Assembly: GCF_009914755.1 (NCBI RefSeq)
Contig: NC_060935.1
Strand: one strand, 5' to 3'
Source: the human T2T-CHM13v2.0 reference genome, Homo sapiens
Length of the DNA stretch: 64,000 nt
Below the pieces are notes generated by a model. That model saw only the letters and a list, made by a program, of their open reading frames with translations, was not told the DNA's origin and made no database searches. Numbering within the stretch: the first letter of the stretch is position 1; each line of letters starts with the position of its first letter. A program made the position numbers and the translations under genes. Below are positions 40,564-58,648 of the stretch, piece by piece.

Positions 40564-40943
40564 ACAGCCCATATGTATATATTAAAGTATGCATGCATAT
40601 CATAGTAGGAAATTAATTTCCCCTCTGTTCCCCAAAACTTATTTTGTTGCTTGTTTTCACTTTGCTTTGTTCATTGGATTTTTTAAACCAATTTGCTGAT
40701 GTGTCACTATTATTCTTGAAAGTGAAAACTTCTTTCAACTATCTTTCTTTAAAATGAGAATAAAATTTACATCAAGAGAGGTTCTGTGAAGATTCAAATG
40801 TCTCATGTAACTGCCTAATTCAATGTCTATCACAAGGTTGGAACTCAATTTATTATAAAAATAGTTATTTTTTTCCTTGACATAGAGGCAGCATAGGGCA
40901 GAAGGAAGAGAATGAGCTTTGATCTCTAAAAAACATGAGTTAA

Positions 40944-41263
<320 letters not shown>

Positions 41264-43589
41264 CTATCTTTTACCAGTCATATGACCTTGGTCGGTTATT
41301 CAAATTCTTTATGTTTTAATGCCATGTCGTAACATGGGAAAAATTATATTGACTTCAAAGGCTCATTGTAGAAATGAATGAGACAAGATTTGCAAAGAGT
41401 TTGGCACAGCAAATAAGACATTATAGTTGCTCAATAAAGTTTTTTTTAACAAAAACCACATAGTTTTCTAACTGCATGTTTTTTCAAGCATTTTGAAGAT
41501 TTTTATTTTTTATTTCAACCCTATATAGCAGCAAGGTAATGTTTTTGTGATTAGAAGAAACTTGCATTTCTGAGAAGTCCTTTCCCCAGTATCAGAGAAA
41601 TGACAACCTTGTCAGGGTTCATATTGGTTTGGAGACTTGGACCATCTTCCCAAAACAGTCTAAAAAGGCTTTGTTTTTCCTCCTACTTCACTCCTTTTAA
41701 TCAATATTGATATCTTACATCAGTATAGTCATTTTTACTCCTATAAAGTGCTTTCAAAAATTTTATTCCACGATATTCATACAAATACTCCCTCAATATA
41801 AAGTAGGACATACATTCTCATCTCCATTCTGGAGATGAGAACTGAGGAATCAAAAATGAGCTCATCAAGGTTGAACAGCTGATAAGTGACAGAACTGGGA
41901 TTTGAACCTGGTATTTTCAACTCCAAAGCCTATATTCTGCACACAAAGAGTTAGGGTGGAAAGGCCAAATTGAAATTATAACTGCAAATTCTAATTTCAC
42001 TGATTGTTTTATTAGATTATAGCTGCCTGTCCCATCAGCTAATAGTATCTTCAGAGTGCCATCTTTCCCTATGTGACACCACTAAAATAATCAATCTAAT
42101 ACATTTCTATAACATAGTCATAAAGTCACAGAACGTTAAAAGTAAAAAATCCCATAAAAACATCTAATTCAGTCTTTGGGCAAGAAATTAAGACCAAGAA
42201 ATATTGGAGACTTATTCAAGATTGTACTTATTAATGGCAAGCCAGAGCCCACCATAGGTCTCTGACTTCTGATCCAGTGGCCCTTTCAAACACTCCACAT
42301 TGATCTTCCAGACAAGGATAACAAGAATGACATTGAATTTCTTTTGTTTCTTCATTGAAATACTTGTTTGCTCAGAATTCCTGAGACAATTTTGTATTCT
42401 ATTAACTTAAAATCAATTCTGTATTCTATTAACTTAAAACCAGAGAGGTTTCTCTAAACCAGAAGTCTCACTTAAATTTGTTCAGCACTCCTTTTAAGGA
42501 TTGTTCAATCTGTGAAAGAAGGAGTATTGTTCATTCAAATATTTCACTTTTATCCCATAAACCTAGATTTAAGTAAATATCCTATTTTAATTAGAAAGAA
42601 AAAAGAGCAATTTTTTTGTCATTCTTGAGGTTTCAGTTTATTTGCTTAAATCAAAACTCACTTTAGAAGTGAAATCTGGAGTATTCTGCCTTGATTCCAC
42701 AATTAATATAAATTTTTCCCAATTATTCTGCCACCGTCATGAATGTATTAATGAGACACATTTTACACTGTTATGATATAGGATGTAACTAGAACTATTA
42801 ATACATCAGAACCTGTTGCAACATTCCCAGCATAGCAGTCAGTTTCTTTTCTTTTCACCTTTCTATCAAAGTAGTAGAGCATTAGCTCAGGCATAAAAAC
42901 TCATTTTTTACCTTTATCTTTGAAACACTAGTTCATAGAATTGTACTTTCTTACAACAGCTATTTTCTTGTGCTTGCAGAAATCTTCTGGGAACTGACAT
43001 ATACCACCTCTTTTTCTTTTGGGCAATTTAAACTTTAGAATTGGATTAAGACAAAGCTAAAAGTTACAGATTGTAAATTTATTACTTGCCTAGACTATAG
43101 AAAATATGGGGAAAAGTGTGGACTTTCAAGTTACACATACTGTGGTTTAAGCCCTAAGTTTATATCTTCCACACATAAACTTTATGAACTTGTATAAGCC
43201 TTACTTTTGGCATTTTCAGACTATAGATAATAAAACATACCTTACAGAGAAGTTGCAATTATTAAAGGATGTAAGGTATGTAAATAGCCTAACACAATAT
43301 TTAGTACACATTCATAGCACACATTAAAGAAATATCAAAATAAAGTAATAACAATAAAAAAACTAACATGCTAAAGTATACATTCGTTAAATTGGAAACA
43401 GAGTCAGACTATGCTGCCAGTTTTTATGGCCTTTTCCTAAGCTTGGAGCAAATCATCCAAAAGAAGTGAGTGAGTAATTGGGGCTTTAGTCCCTATTCTT
43501 TAATCATTCATTCAACAATGATTTAATGAGAGCCCACTGTGAGCCAGGCACTTTGCAAGTCACAGAAGATACAGCAGTGAGTAAGACAT

Positions 43590-44031
43590 TGTTACTGAAA
43601 CACCAGGGGTTCAGTCTATGTCTTGCTGCCTGCTGCAGGGAAAGCCAATGACTGAGACAAGTATTGTCAAGGAAGAAGGCTTTAATCGGGGGCTGCAGTC
43701 AAGGAGATGGGAGCTCAGTCTCAAATCCATCTCCCAGACTGACTACAATTCCTATATAGAAAGGAAGAAAAGTAACTATGAAGGAGAAAATAGGAATTCG
43801 GGAGGGGTAAGGAAGCAATCATGATGAATGAGGGGCCTAGAATTTCATTGTCTGGATGCAATGATCTGATGAATTTCAGTTCTTTGATACTTTTCAAGAA
43901 GCCTGGAGGTCCTTTCCTGAGTAAGGAACTCAGATAAAACAAATGTAAGTTTCAAGCTTTAAGACCAGAAGTGTCAATTTCTATGTTTATCCAAAAAAAA
44001 ATCTGTCCATGGGAATATTGGGTCAGTTTCA
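43590..44031 (-). mobile_element. ERV1-class solo LTR (LTR26/LTR8-like)
   Basis: tg...ca termini. 4-bp TSD acat 43586-43589 / 44032-44035. Interrupts an L2-like tail. Family name tentative. Confidence 0.8.
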
Positions 44032-47000
44032 ACATTGTCCCCATGAAGCTCATAAGTACGTAAGAAAAACGAGGAATAGAAAATGACAAGTGAAGGCACC
44101 TAGTTGGGGGTTCTACCAAAAAGATACCCTAAGACAAGGATTTGAGCACATATAATTATTTGGTAGATAGTCCCAGTAAACAAAGAAGGGAATAGGGAAG
44201 TGAGAAAAACTAATAAACAATTCCTTGTTGAGTAAGTTACCATGTGGGAAAATGGAGGTAAATCTCACTGTAGATTTTTGGAGACACTGTGTAGCACATA
44301 CCTAAGAATTGTTCTATCAAGAGGTTAAGGAAGTTGAAGTGTGTATCCACCAAATCCTGTCCCTAATTGGTTGGCAGTTGCTCCTCAGGGAATTAACTCT
44401 TTAAAAAAAATTTTTTTAATTGACAGATAACATTTTAGGTATTTATCATGTACAATGTGACGTATTGAAATATATATACATTGTGAAGCAACTAAATCTA
44501 GCTAATTAACATATGCATGAGTGATCCTGGTCTCAGTGTCCCCACGTCAAGGAGAGAATGGTAATCCTTGCTCTTGGTGGTTAATGAGTATGTTGTATGA
44601 AGTGACGCCAACTTTGCTTCTTTGTGAGAAATAGAAACTAAAACTATAAGGACTCCCAAAGAAGACAACTCCTTATGTTATTCACAAAAACAAAAGGAAA
44701 TTGAAAGTTTATCAGAAAATTGAAGTTTTCACTAGGTTAAAGAGTGTATGTTGCTGCTAGTAGTGTTCATATTCAGAGCAGGAATAATTGCAGCTGCCCC
44801 TCTGAACTTTAGAGATGGGAGGTAACTTTGCAATGCTATAAAGCTGTTAAGAGATGAAGCTAATACACTCTGCTGTGTTGCTTATTGTTGTTGCTGCTGC
44901 TACTATTTCAGAAGAAACAATGAGAGGAGTTAAATAGATGTATAGGCAGCCCTCCCTCTGCAAACTGTAGATGCATCTTACCATCCCCTTCCAGATTCCC
45001 ATATGCAATATTTCTTGTAGCTTCCTCTCCATGGGTGAAGTTGCTAATATCTTTGTTCAAAGTTCTAGAAACCACTAAAGATCACTGTATATTAATAGAG
45101 TAGTAGTCTGGCACTGGGCTGCTTTCTACGTCTGTATAATACAGAAACACAGGCAAAGTTTGGCCTCTCAGGGGATTCTAGTTCTCTCTCACCTTCTTCA
45201 TTGTTCAGTAAAGTGGATAAGTTTAGCTAGTCTGCACTATACACAGGTTTAACTAGCTCCTCCCTCTTTGCTTCTCCCATGCAGCCAGAGGGGTGAAGAG
45301 AGCCTGTTTAAGACCTAAGCCTGAGCCAAAACTCCCTACCTAATCTTTACCAGGTGTTTATATTAGGAAATCAGGTACTTGGACAGCTTGTGACAAAGTG
45401 ATGCTTTGTTTTCCAATCTGCTATTGTCGCCTGCGTGTATGGCTCCCATGGGAGCCCTACGGGAGAATGAACAATTGGCAGGGCATGATTCATGACATAA
45501 TGCCATCAACACCCACCCCAAATTACAAAGCCAAAGTTACAGGATGTTTTCCAAGTCACTACGAAATGCCATACGTTAGTTAGTGATAATTACTGCTATG
45601 ATAACACCAATGGAAACAATAATAATTACATGGTGAAGCAACTGTGTTATCACTCATACACCCGGAGTATAACACTTGTCATCATGGTGTTGACAAGAGG
45701 GATTAGGATTTCCTCTGCTCCAATGCTTTTACAGAGATGTTTTCATCTACCAAATAAGAAGGTTTCCTTTCATTTTAATAATACAGCTTTATAGGTTTTA
45801 AGAATTCCAAAGGCTGATCCAGGACATTTTTAATATCATCTTTTTAAAGGGATGGGATGTGTTTTCCCCAAGTCAAGCATATGGATACACAAAGTTGATG
45901 ACATAAGAGGATGCTTTCTGTACAGTGTCAGGTAGTGGGTAGACTGGTTATGCATGTGGGCTCTGCCCTTCAGTGAATTAGTTCAAATATGTTCTCTGTT
46001 ACCAGCTTACAGCTGTTTGACTTTGGACATCCAGCTAGTGGGCCTTCTTATCTCACTTTTCTAAGTCTCATTCCTTAGTTATAAAATGGACATGATTATA
46101 ACTACTTTATAGGATTGCTGTGAGGATTAAATAAGATTATGCTTCACACTGAGCCAGACACAGAGTAGTTGCTTAGAAATATTAGTGTGTTCTTATAGTG
46201 GCTTTGTTCCAGATTTCAGGGGCATTGCTTATTTCCCTTTCTGTTTCTTGATTCAGTTTTTCTCAAATGTACACAAAACCTAAGAAATCAAGAGGGGAAA
46301 GGGGACTGGACAGCCACTCTTCCTGCTTCTAGAATAGAACTTTGGTCTGCTTTAGCTGAAATGAAAGGATTCCACATGGTTCAATGTTGTTCAGCTCAGC
46401 TCACCAGGAGAAGTGTATTGGGACTTGTAATCAAACTCCAGCTAGTGATTAAAAACACCACCCCCACCATAAAGCATTCACTTGACCTTGTCCTGTATGT
46501 GCCCCCAAATAGGCCTGATCGAGGGATTTGGGATCTCTAGCAGTAGGTGTCTTAAATTACCAATTACCAATACAGTCCTTTCATTGAAACTGTATTACAA
46601 CACTGACAGTTGAACATTATTATCCTCTTTTCACAGGATGAGGAACCTGAGACTTAGAAAAGTTATAAACTACCAAGGGTCATCACACCATCAGGAAGCT
46701 GAGATTTAAGCCCAGGTTTCTGTCTACCAATGCAGGAGTCCTTTCATGGCAGTTTATCTGTACAAGATTCATAACAAGGAGGCTGATGCACTAACCAAGC
46801 CAATAGGTTTAGATGATTTTCAGTCAAAGCAATTCTATTGTCACCTGGAAATCACTCTAATTCAGCATGTTTGTTTTTAATGACCATAAACAAGCCCCCC
46901 ACAAAAAAGCTAAGGGTTTTTTTTTTTTTAGTTTAAATAAAGCAGTTTTTAACACCCTTGAATTAAAACATAAAAATACCACTTAACTCAAATGTTTACA

Positions 47001-47702
47001 TCTACACTGGTTCTAGAGAGTCTATTTATGAGCCAAATCAGAGCAACAGGGCTCAGTGACAGGAGCAGCAGTATTGGCCCCCTGTTCCCTTTTTATGGGT
47101 TTTCACTTTCCCATTATCCAGCCAGAGTCCATTTCTCCCCGTCGCCACAGAAGAAGTGAATGGTGAAGATTTCAACAAAGACCTTTCACATTTTTGCTGT
47201 GAAAAAATTTTGCTTTGGACATTTTCAGCCATTTTTGTATGATGTGCACCATTGAACTCATTAGACTCATAGGTCAAGAGAATATGTTATTTGTTCAAAA
47301 GTAGATCTGATTTATCAGGCTACTACGTATAGATGGAATTATACAATTCTGGAAATGCCTTTAGGTACAATCTGAATGGTTTTAAAAAGCAATATTATTT
47401 TCATTCCCAACTCTTTTCTAAGTGTCTCTCCTCAAGAGCCAGCTCCCTGACACCTGCTTTGTAAAGCCCCCACTGACCAGCTAGTCAAAGGAACCACCAT
47501 TTTTCTGGTATACAGTCTTCCTCCTGACAATTTTACCAAGAGCTAGCCCCTCATAGTTTGCCTGCACACAGTAGTTACTCAATAAATATACACTTAAAAA
47601 ATCAGATTGGTGAGCGTGTATCTGGTAAATTTATTAAAATGCTAAGACTGGGTAGCTGGGGTTCAAGCTCTGACCTTGCACTCATTGACCTACGCTTGCA
47701 AG

Positions 47703-47992
47703 TTTGTTTGTTTTAATGAAGTCTCACACTGTCACCCAGGCTGGAGTGCAGTGGGGCAATTTTGGCTCACTACAAACTCCATCTCCTGGGTTCAAGTAAT
47801 CCTCCTGCCTCAACCTCCAAGTAGCTGGAATTACAAGCATGAGCCACCACATCCAGCTAATTTTTGTATTTTTAGTAGAGACTGGTTTTCACCAGTTAAC
47901 GAGGCTGATCTCGAACACCTGACCTCAAGTGATCTGCTAGCCTAGGCCTCCCAAAGTGCTGGGATTACAGACACGAGCCACTGCGCCCAGCC
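47703..47992 (-). mobile_element. Older Alu (AluJ/Sz-like)
   Basis: Diverged dimeric Alu with gacctcaagtgatc and a short tail. Confidence 0.9.
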
Positions 47993-50594
47993 TCTTGTAT
48001 GTTTCTATACTATTTCACTCACCTACCATTTCAGCAAACATGTATTAATATGCAGTTTTTAACATGCTCTGTGGCAAGGCTAAAGAACACAAAGATAAAG
48101 CAATCAAAAGAACACAGTTCCTAACTTTGGTATTCACAGTTTATGGATGGTCAGAGGTAGGGGCACAACGGTGAAAAATAAATATGCACTGCAATGTGGT
48201 AAATGACATGCAGAATGATCTGGAAAGTGCATTGGGATTACAATGAAGGAAGCATTTCATACTCCCTGGGGAGGCCAAAGAGCGCCTTCACAGAGGAAGC
48301 AAACCAGGACCTAAAGGATAAATAGTGTTTTCAAAGCAGATAACAGAAGGCACTCCAGGTATAGGGTGCTACACAGGCAAAGGAGTGGTACTTCAGGCAA
48401 ACAAAAGTACTGTACTTCTGTATGACTTGAGTATAATACATCAACAGAAAGGCCAAGAGAAAAACCTACAGAAAAACCTTGGGAGCAAATCACAAGAGGG
48501 CTTGTACACCATCCAGAAATTAAACCCTAATGAAGAGCCCTGACAGAGGTTAAATGGTGTTTACTAACTGCTGGGTGAGATGGTTGTGGTGTGTGGATGA
48601 ATGGGTACCAGATCTTCTTCAGAAGAGAGAGCCATTTACACAAAGGCAATGAGTGAAGATAACAAAGTGTCATTGATTGGGCTTCAGGCAGCTCAAAGGA
48701 GAGCCTGGCCTTTGAGGCACGGAGTGGGTTTGGAGGCAGACCATGCAAATGAAAGAACAACTGAAGAGAACTAGAGCACTGACACCCTGGAGGTCAAGAA
48801 GAGAAGCTGTGTCTGAGGATGGAAACAGAGGAGGCACTGGAGCCAAGGATTAAAGTAACAAGTTAGTCTTCCTCTTCAAGGGCCCACCTTTGAGGGTGTC
48901 TCAGCCAAGGAAAAATCATGACCCACAAGAAGGCACTGATATCCACCACCCGGTAATTGCATATGAAACAAGAAAAAGATGTCAGAAACTGGAAAGAGAC
49001 CCTTGGAGCCCATGTCCAGGATCTCTGGGGCACAGCTCAGAAGGACGGAGCTTTCTCTCTAGAGCCTCGGGAGCCCCTTTACACTCTCCTGCCCCTTTGG
49101 CATGGCATTTTCTCCCCCAGGACCCTCAATGACACTTATCATAGGTTGCCTTCCATTGAAGGCATCTAACATTCAGTGTCCTCAAGCACTTACTGAATGT
49201 CAGGTTCTTGGCACATGAGAGTAAATAAAACTCTCCCAGCCTTCAGTAGAAGGAGACATAAAAGAATGCCATTATGATGCAACGCAACACATTGGGAATG
49301 TACAAAGTATACTTGGCACAAAGGAATGGAAGATACCCCTCTCTAGACTATAAGGTAACATTTGAACAAAACTTGAAATATGATAGAGCTTTAACAGGAT
49401 GGAGCAGGTAGAAACCTGCAGGCATTTCAGTAATACTGAAACATTAAGTGGGAGAAATGGACCTGTACTAAGTAAGGATGGTCAAGAAGGGAATGGCCAA
49501 GTCATAAGGTCCATATATGCCATGCCAAGAGGTTCAGATCTAATTCTATAGGCAAAGGAAGTTTCTAGCTTTCATTTTACCCCACCGCTACTTCTAAGTT
49601 GACAGTTTGCACAAGGCTGAAGCCTTGTTTCACCTATCTTTCTCCCAAACTATCTAATGTACCTAGTTTTTTCTCTCCCTCCATCTCTCTCTCTCTCTTT
49701 CCCTATTTTCAAATGTTATAGGAAGTACAAAATAGTAGATAAATACATCAACATTAACCCATAGACTAGTATCATATTTAAAAAAAAAACCATGTCTCAA
49801 CATTTTACAAAACAAAGCCATCACATTCAGATCTCTCTAAGCGTGAATCTTGTTTCATAATTCATATCTCATTTCAAATGTCACCTCCTCACTGACACCC
49901 CAACATCTAAATTAGCCCTCCTTCTCCTACTTGACTCACTCTCTGGGGATTTGTTATTGCAGTATCTGATGTTATTTTGTGTGTTTGTTTGTTTGTTTAT
50001 TTACTTCTATATTTTCTGTCTCTTTCCACTAGAATGGTAACCACAACTGTTTAAGATCCCCAGGACCTAGAAAACTTCCTGGCATGTGAAGAGCAGTCAA
50101 TTAATATTTAATTGTTAATTAAGAGTTCAGAAGCACCTTCATTCTGCAGTTATGCTTCCAATGAAGCAAACCCATGGACAGGCACTTGGCAATATCCAAT
50201 TTTTTGTTCTTTTTGAAGAAAAATTACTTCCATTGGATTTCTCAAGTTGTAGATACAACACTGTCTACTTGTACAACCTCTGTTGCTTTTTAAATTAAGC
50301 ATCGGTTAAGGAGAACTGCAGCTTTGGAAAATCTGTTGAAACTCTAAGGGCACTGAGTTTCTACAAATACTTAGCAAGATTCATTCATTCATTAACTTCA
50401 GAAATGATGAGCACCTAGTATGTGCTAGCCTCTGGTATGCACTAGCACCTTTGTCCACAGAGAACAAGGATGAGTAAATAACTACTATGCAAGAACAAAA
50501 TATGACAAGTGCCAAGGGGATACGGAGATGAGGGAAGTCACTTCCAGCCACTGGGAAGAAGACTCAAAAAGGTGACATTCAAGCTTAACATTGA

Positions 50595-50984
<390 letters not shown>

Positions 50985-51109
50985 TGAGACACTGGTTAGA
51001 TACTGAAAATAAAATCAGTTCAAATTTAATGAAGGAAGAGAAACAGGAAAAAAAATTTAAATAGAATAAGATCAAAAATAAAGTAAAGAGAAACACAGTA
51101 TATCATGGA

Positions 51110-51139
51110 AACACACACACACACACATACACACACACA
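51110..51139. repeat. Interrupted (CA)n microsatellite
   Basis: Directly visible. Confidence 0.9.
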
Positions 51140-51405
51140 AAACAGGGTAAATGAGGAGATGATGCTTGATTTTTTTTAAGTGACTTTCTATGTGACTGCA
51201 AGAGTGAGGAGGAGTTCACCTTACAGAGATCTGATCAAGAGAATCTCAAGCAGAAGATGAAGGCTGCATCAAGAACTGTGACATGGCTCTGTGCATTCAG
51301 GGTGCTGTAGGAGTTCAGAGTATCTGGAACCAAATTCACAAGATGTACCAAAGGGTGAGGCTGGAGAGGTAGGCGGGCCAGATTAGAAAGGATATTTATG
51401 TTATA

Positions 51406-51706
51406 AAGTAGTTCCCCGTTTATCCAGTTTTGCTTTCCACGGTTTCAGTTACCTGTAGTATAGCACAAATAAGACATTTTGAGAGAGAGAAAGACCACAG
51501 TCACATAGCTTTTATTGGATTATTATATTGTTCTATTTTATTATTGTTGTTGTTAATCTCTTTGTGTGCCTAACTTATAAATTAAACCTTATCATAGGCA
51601 TGTATAGGAAAAAAACATGGTATATGTAAGGTTTGGTACTATCCGTAGTTTCAGGCAACCACTGGGGGTTTTGGAATATATCTCCCATGAATAAGTGGGG
51701 ACTGGA
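51406..51706 (+). mobile_element. MER44A-like Tigger DNA transposon
   Basis: Degenerate terminal inverted repeats (gtagttcccc...ttatcc / gaataag...ggggact) and internal gagagagagaaagaccaca and tttcaggcaaccactggggg. Confidence 0.8.
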
Positions 51707-52124
51707 GTGTGAAGAAGAGAGAACAGCAAGAGGAAAAATGCAGAATCAGGAAAAGGCCATAAGACTTCAGGAGGAAGAGTGGAACCGAGTCTAGTGGAAG
51801 CAACCTGCTGTTACAGAGGTTATGCATCTGGAAGGAAGGTGGAGGCTGAATCATGCAGGATCCCAGGCTGCAGAGTGCAGACCTTCTCTAAGTAATGTCG
51901 AGGAAGCTAGTGCAAGGGTTTTCTGCTTTCTTTTTGCCCCTGTAGCTACATGATAGTATATGTTTGACATTTTAATGACATTAGACAACTGAATCATTTT
52001 GCTTTTGATGTTAGTGTGAGGAAAAACATAGTTATGACATTTTCATACCCATTAATTTTTGTCCATTAAAATTATTCTCCTTGAGTATTTTTTCAAGAGG
52101 TGGAAAAAGTTTAAATAATTTTAC

Positions 52125-52412
<288 letters not shown>

Positions 52413-52919
52413 TCTTAATAGTCTTATGGCTCTTCTGACATATAATTGTCTTGTGCTCCAGATGAAAAAGACAACTTTTTTGTGCCCTTAGCAAAAGTGT
52501 ACTTATTTTCTGTACCTTGATAGAATTGAGATTTACCATTTATATTTATCTTCTTAAATTGAAACACCTACTTTAATGATATTTAACTATGATGATAAGA
52601 AAGTAGATTGTTAAATGTTATGGTATTTTCTACTATTTGAACTGAAGCATCTTAGTGCTAAAGAAAGATCATGACCAGTATTTCAGGAAAGGGTCTGTGA
52701 AGATCAGGCATACAGGGCACTACTGTACACAACTCTGGTCAGTGCTCATACATAGGCATTCATTTAATACATGTCAAATTAATAAATGAATAAGTGAACA
52801 AAAGGAATTTGTAGTTAAAAGACCTAGAAATCTAATTCCAATCTTTTCTGTGACTCTGACATCTTTAACAAATTACTAAACCTTCTTATGCCTCAGTTTC
52901 CTCAATGGGTAATTTAGAA

Positions 52920-53080
52920 CAGAGTTTCTCACACTTAAATGTGTATATGAATCACCTGGAGATCTTGTTACAATTCAGATCCTGACTCAGTAGTTTTGAG
53001 GCTGGGCCTGGGACTCTGCATGTCTAGTAAGATCCAGGTGATGCCAGCACTGATGAACTGAGGAGCACACTTACAGCAGA
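52920..53080. mobile_element. MER5-like hAT element
   Basis: gaatcacctggagatcttgtta...ctgcatgtcta...ccaggtgatgc. Confidence 0.7.
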
Positions 53081-54205
53081 AAAATTTTAGAAAATCGAAT
53101 GAAGTATATAAACACTTCATAAGTTGTTAGATATTACTGAAAAGCTAGTCCTTGTTATATATTCAGTTTGGAAGTTTTTATCAGTTATGATTGCCATACA
53201 TTCAATCTCTTATCTTTTAGTTTCTTTTAAGTATTTCTTCTATTACATTTCGGTTTGTAAAAATATATCTTGCATCCAAAGAGCATAAATTTACTGTATG
53301 ATTTCATTTCATTCTAGATTTCTACAGATTCTAGAGGAAATGTTTAACTCTTTGACCCCTCTGAAAATTGTCAGAGCATAGAATACAGAATAAGAATGAA
53401 TAGTGCACACCATAAGAAATTAATTCAAGTTAATATATTTTATACTGGTATTCAGCTGCCCCATAGGACATTCAATATTCATTAATTTTCTCATTATTAT
53501 AATATTTTTGTTAAATCTTGAGGCCTGAGATATATTGAATCTCTCTTTAACAAATATTTTTAGACATCTACTTTAGTAATTTAAATGTATTTCTGAATTT
53601 ATCCAGTTATCAGCTCCGTATCATGTAGTTTTGATTTTCATTTTAAAAATCTTATATAGCAATGACACTGCTATTGCCTTTAAAAAAAACTTCCGGCACT
53701 CTTGCCCACTCTTCCATAAAGATTTATATTTCAAAAAATTTAATGTCTGAGAAATATTCTGCAAAGACTCCAATATTGTACCAGATATAAATATGAACTA
53801 GGGAATATTACTATCTTCATATCAATTAGTATTTCCTCCCAGGAATAAGACATAGGTATCCTATTATTTGTATCTTCCTTTGCTTTTCCCATTGAGTCTA
53901 CATAATTTGTTTCTATGAGAAAAAAAAAAACCTTTGTGTTTAGGAAAAAACATAAAGTATACATGTAGAAATATCAGGTGATGTACAGGCTAGGGGCATT
54001 GGCCAGTTTCATGAAATATATTTTTTGGCAATTTCCAAGCTCTATATTAATAGGATATGAGTAAGAATTCAATTGATTTTTATAGATTCGTGTATATATA
54101 TAAATATCCTGTCTTATTGCTATCAATAATTTTTGTTATATATTTAGTTGTACAGCCAAGATATATGCAAAAATGACTCATTTATTACCTATAGTCATTT
54201 CTTTT

Positions 54206-54454
54206 TTGAGACAGAATCTTGCTCTTTCCCTGCAACCTCTGCCTCCTGGGTTCAAGCGACTCTCCTGCCTCAGCCTCCCAAGTACGTGGAACTACAGTTG
54301 CGTGCCATCAGGCCTGGCAAATTTTTGTATTTTACGTAGAGATGGGGTTTCACCATGTTGGTCAGGCTGGCCTTGAACTCCTGACCTCAGGTGATCTACC
54401 CTCCTCGGCCTCCCAAAGTGATGGGATTATAGGTGTGAGCCACTGCTCCTGGCC
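54206..54454 (-). mobile_element. AluS with an internal deletion of about 40 bp in the right arm
   Basis: cttgctct is joined almost directly to ctgcaacctct. TSD agtcatttctttt 54193-54205 / 54456-54468. Confidence 0.92.
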
Positions 54455-54818
54455 CAGTCATTTCTTTTAATCACTGCAAACACTTTACTGAGTGCCAAAT
54501 GTAAGCTGAGCACATTGGACATACACTATGTTCTACTAAACACAAAAGATACAGAAACAAATAACAAAACAACAACAAAAAGCAACCCTTCAAATGGCCC
54601 AAAACCTGAAAAGAAAAACACACAAGCAAGCCAGGGATTGAAAACACAGAATGGTAAGGAGAGTTTATTAAGTATAAAATATTGTGTATTTTCCGAAGAA
54701 AAGAGTCTACCAGCACCTTGGACCAGCGCATGTGGGAAAGAGACCACCAGTTCTAATATTGGGTTAGCTTACTACACAAAGCAAGTGGCTCTGAGGGGCT
54801 CCATGGGCAGGGATCTTT

Positions 54819-58648
<3,830 letters not shown>

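Noticed and set aside
44520-45850. Possible processed pseudogene or unclassified ancient repeat (also 59400-59850)
   Set aside because: No recognisable protein similarity, poly(A) tail or TSD by eye; a database search is needed, so it is left uncalled.
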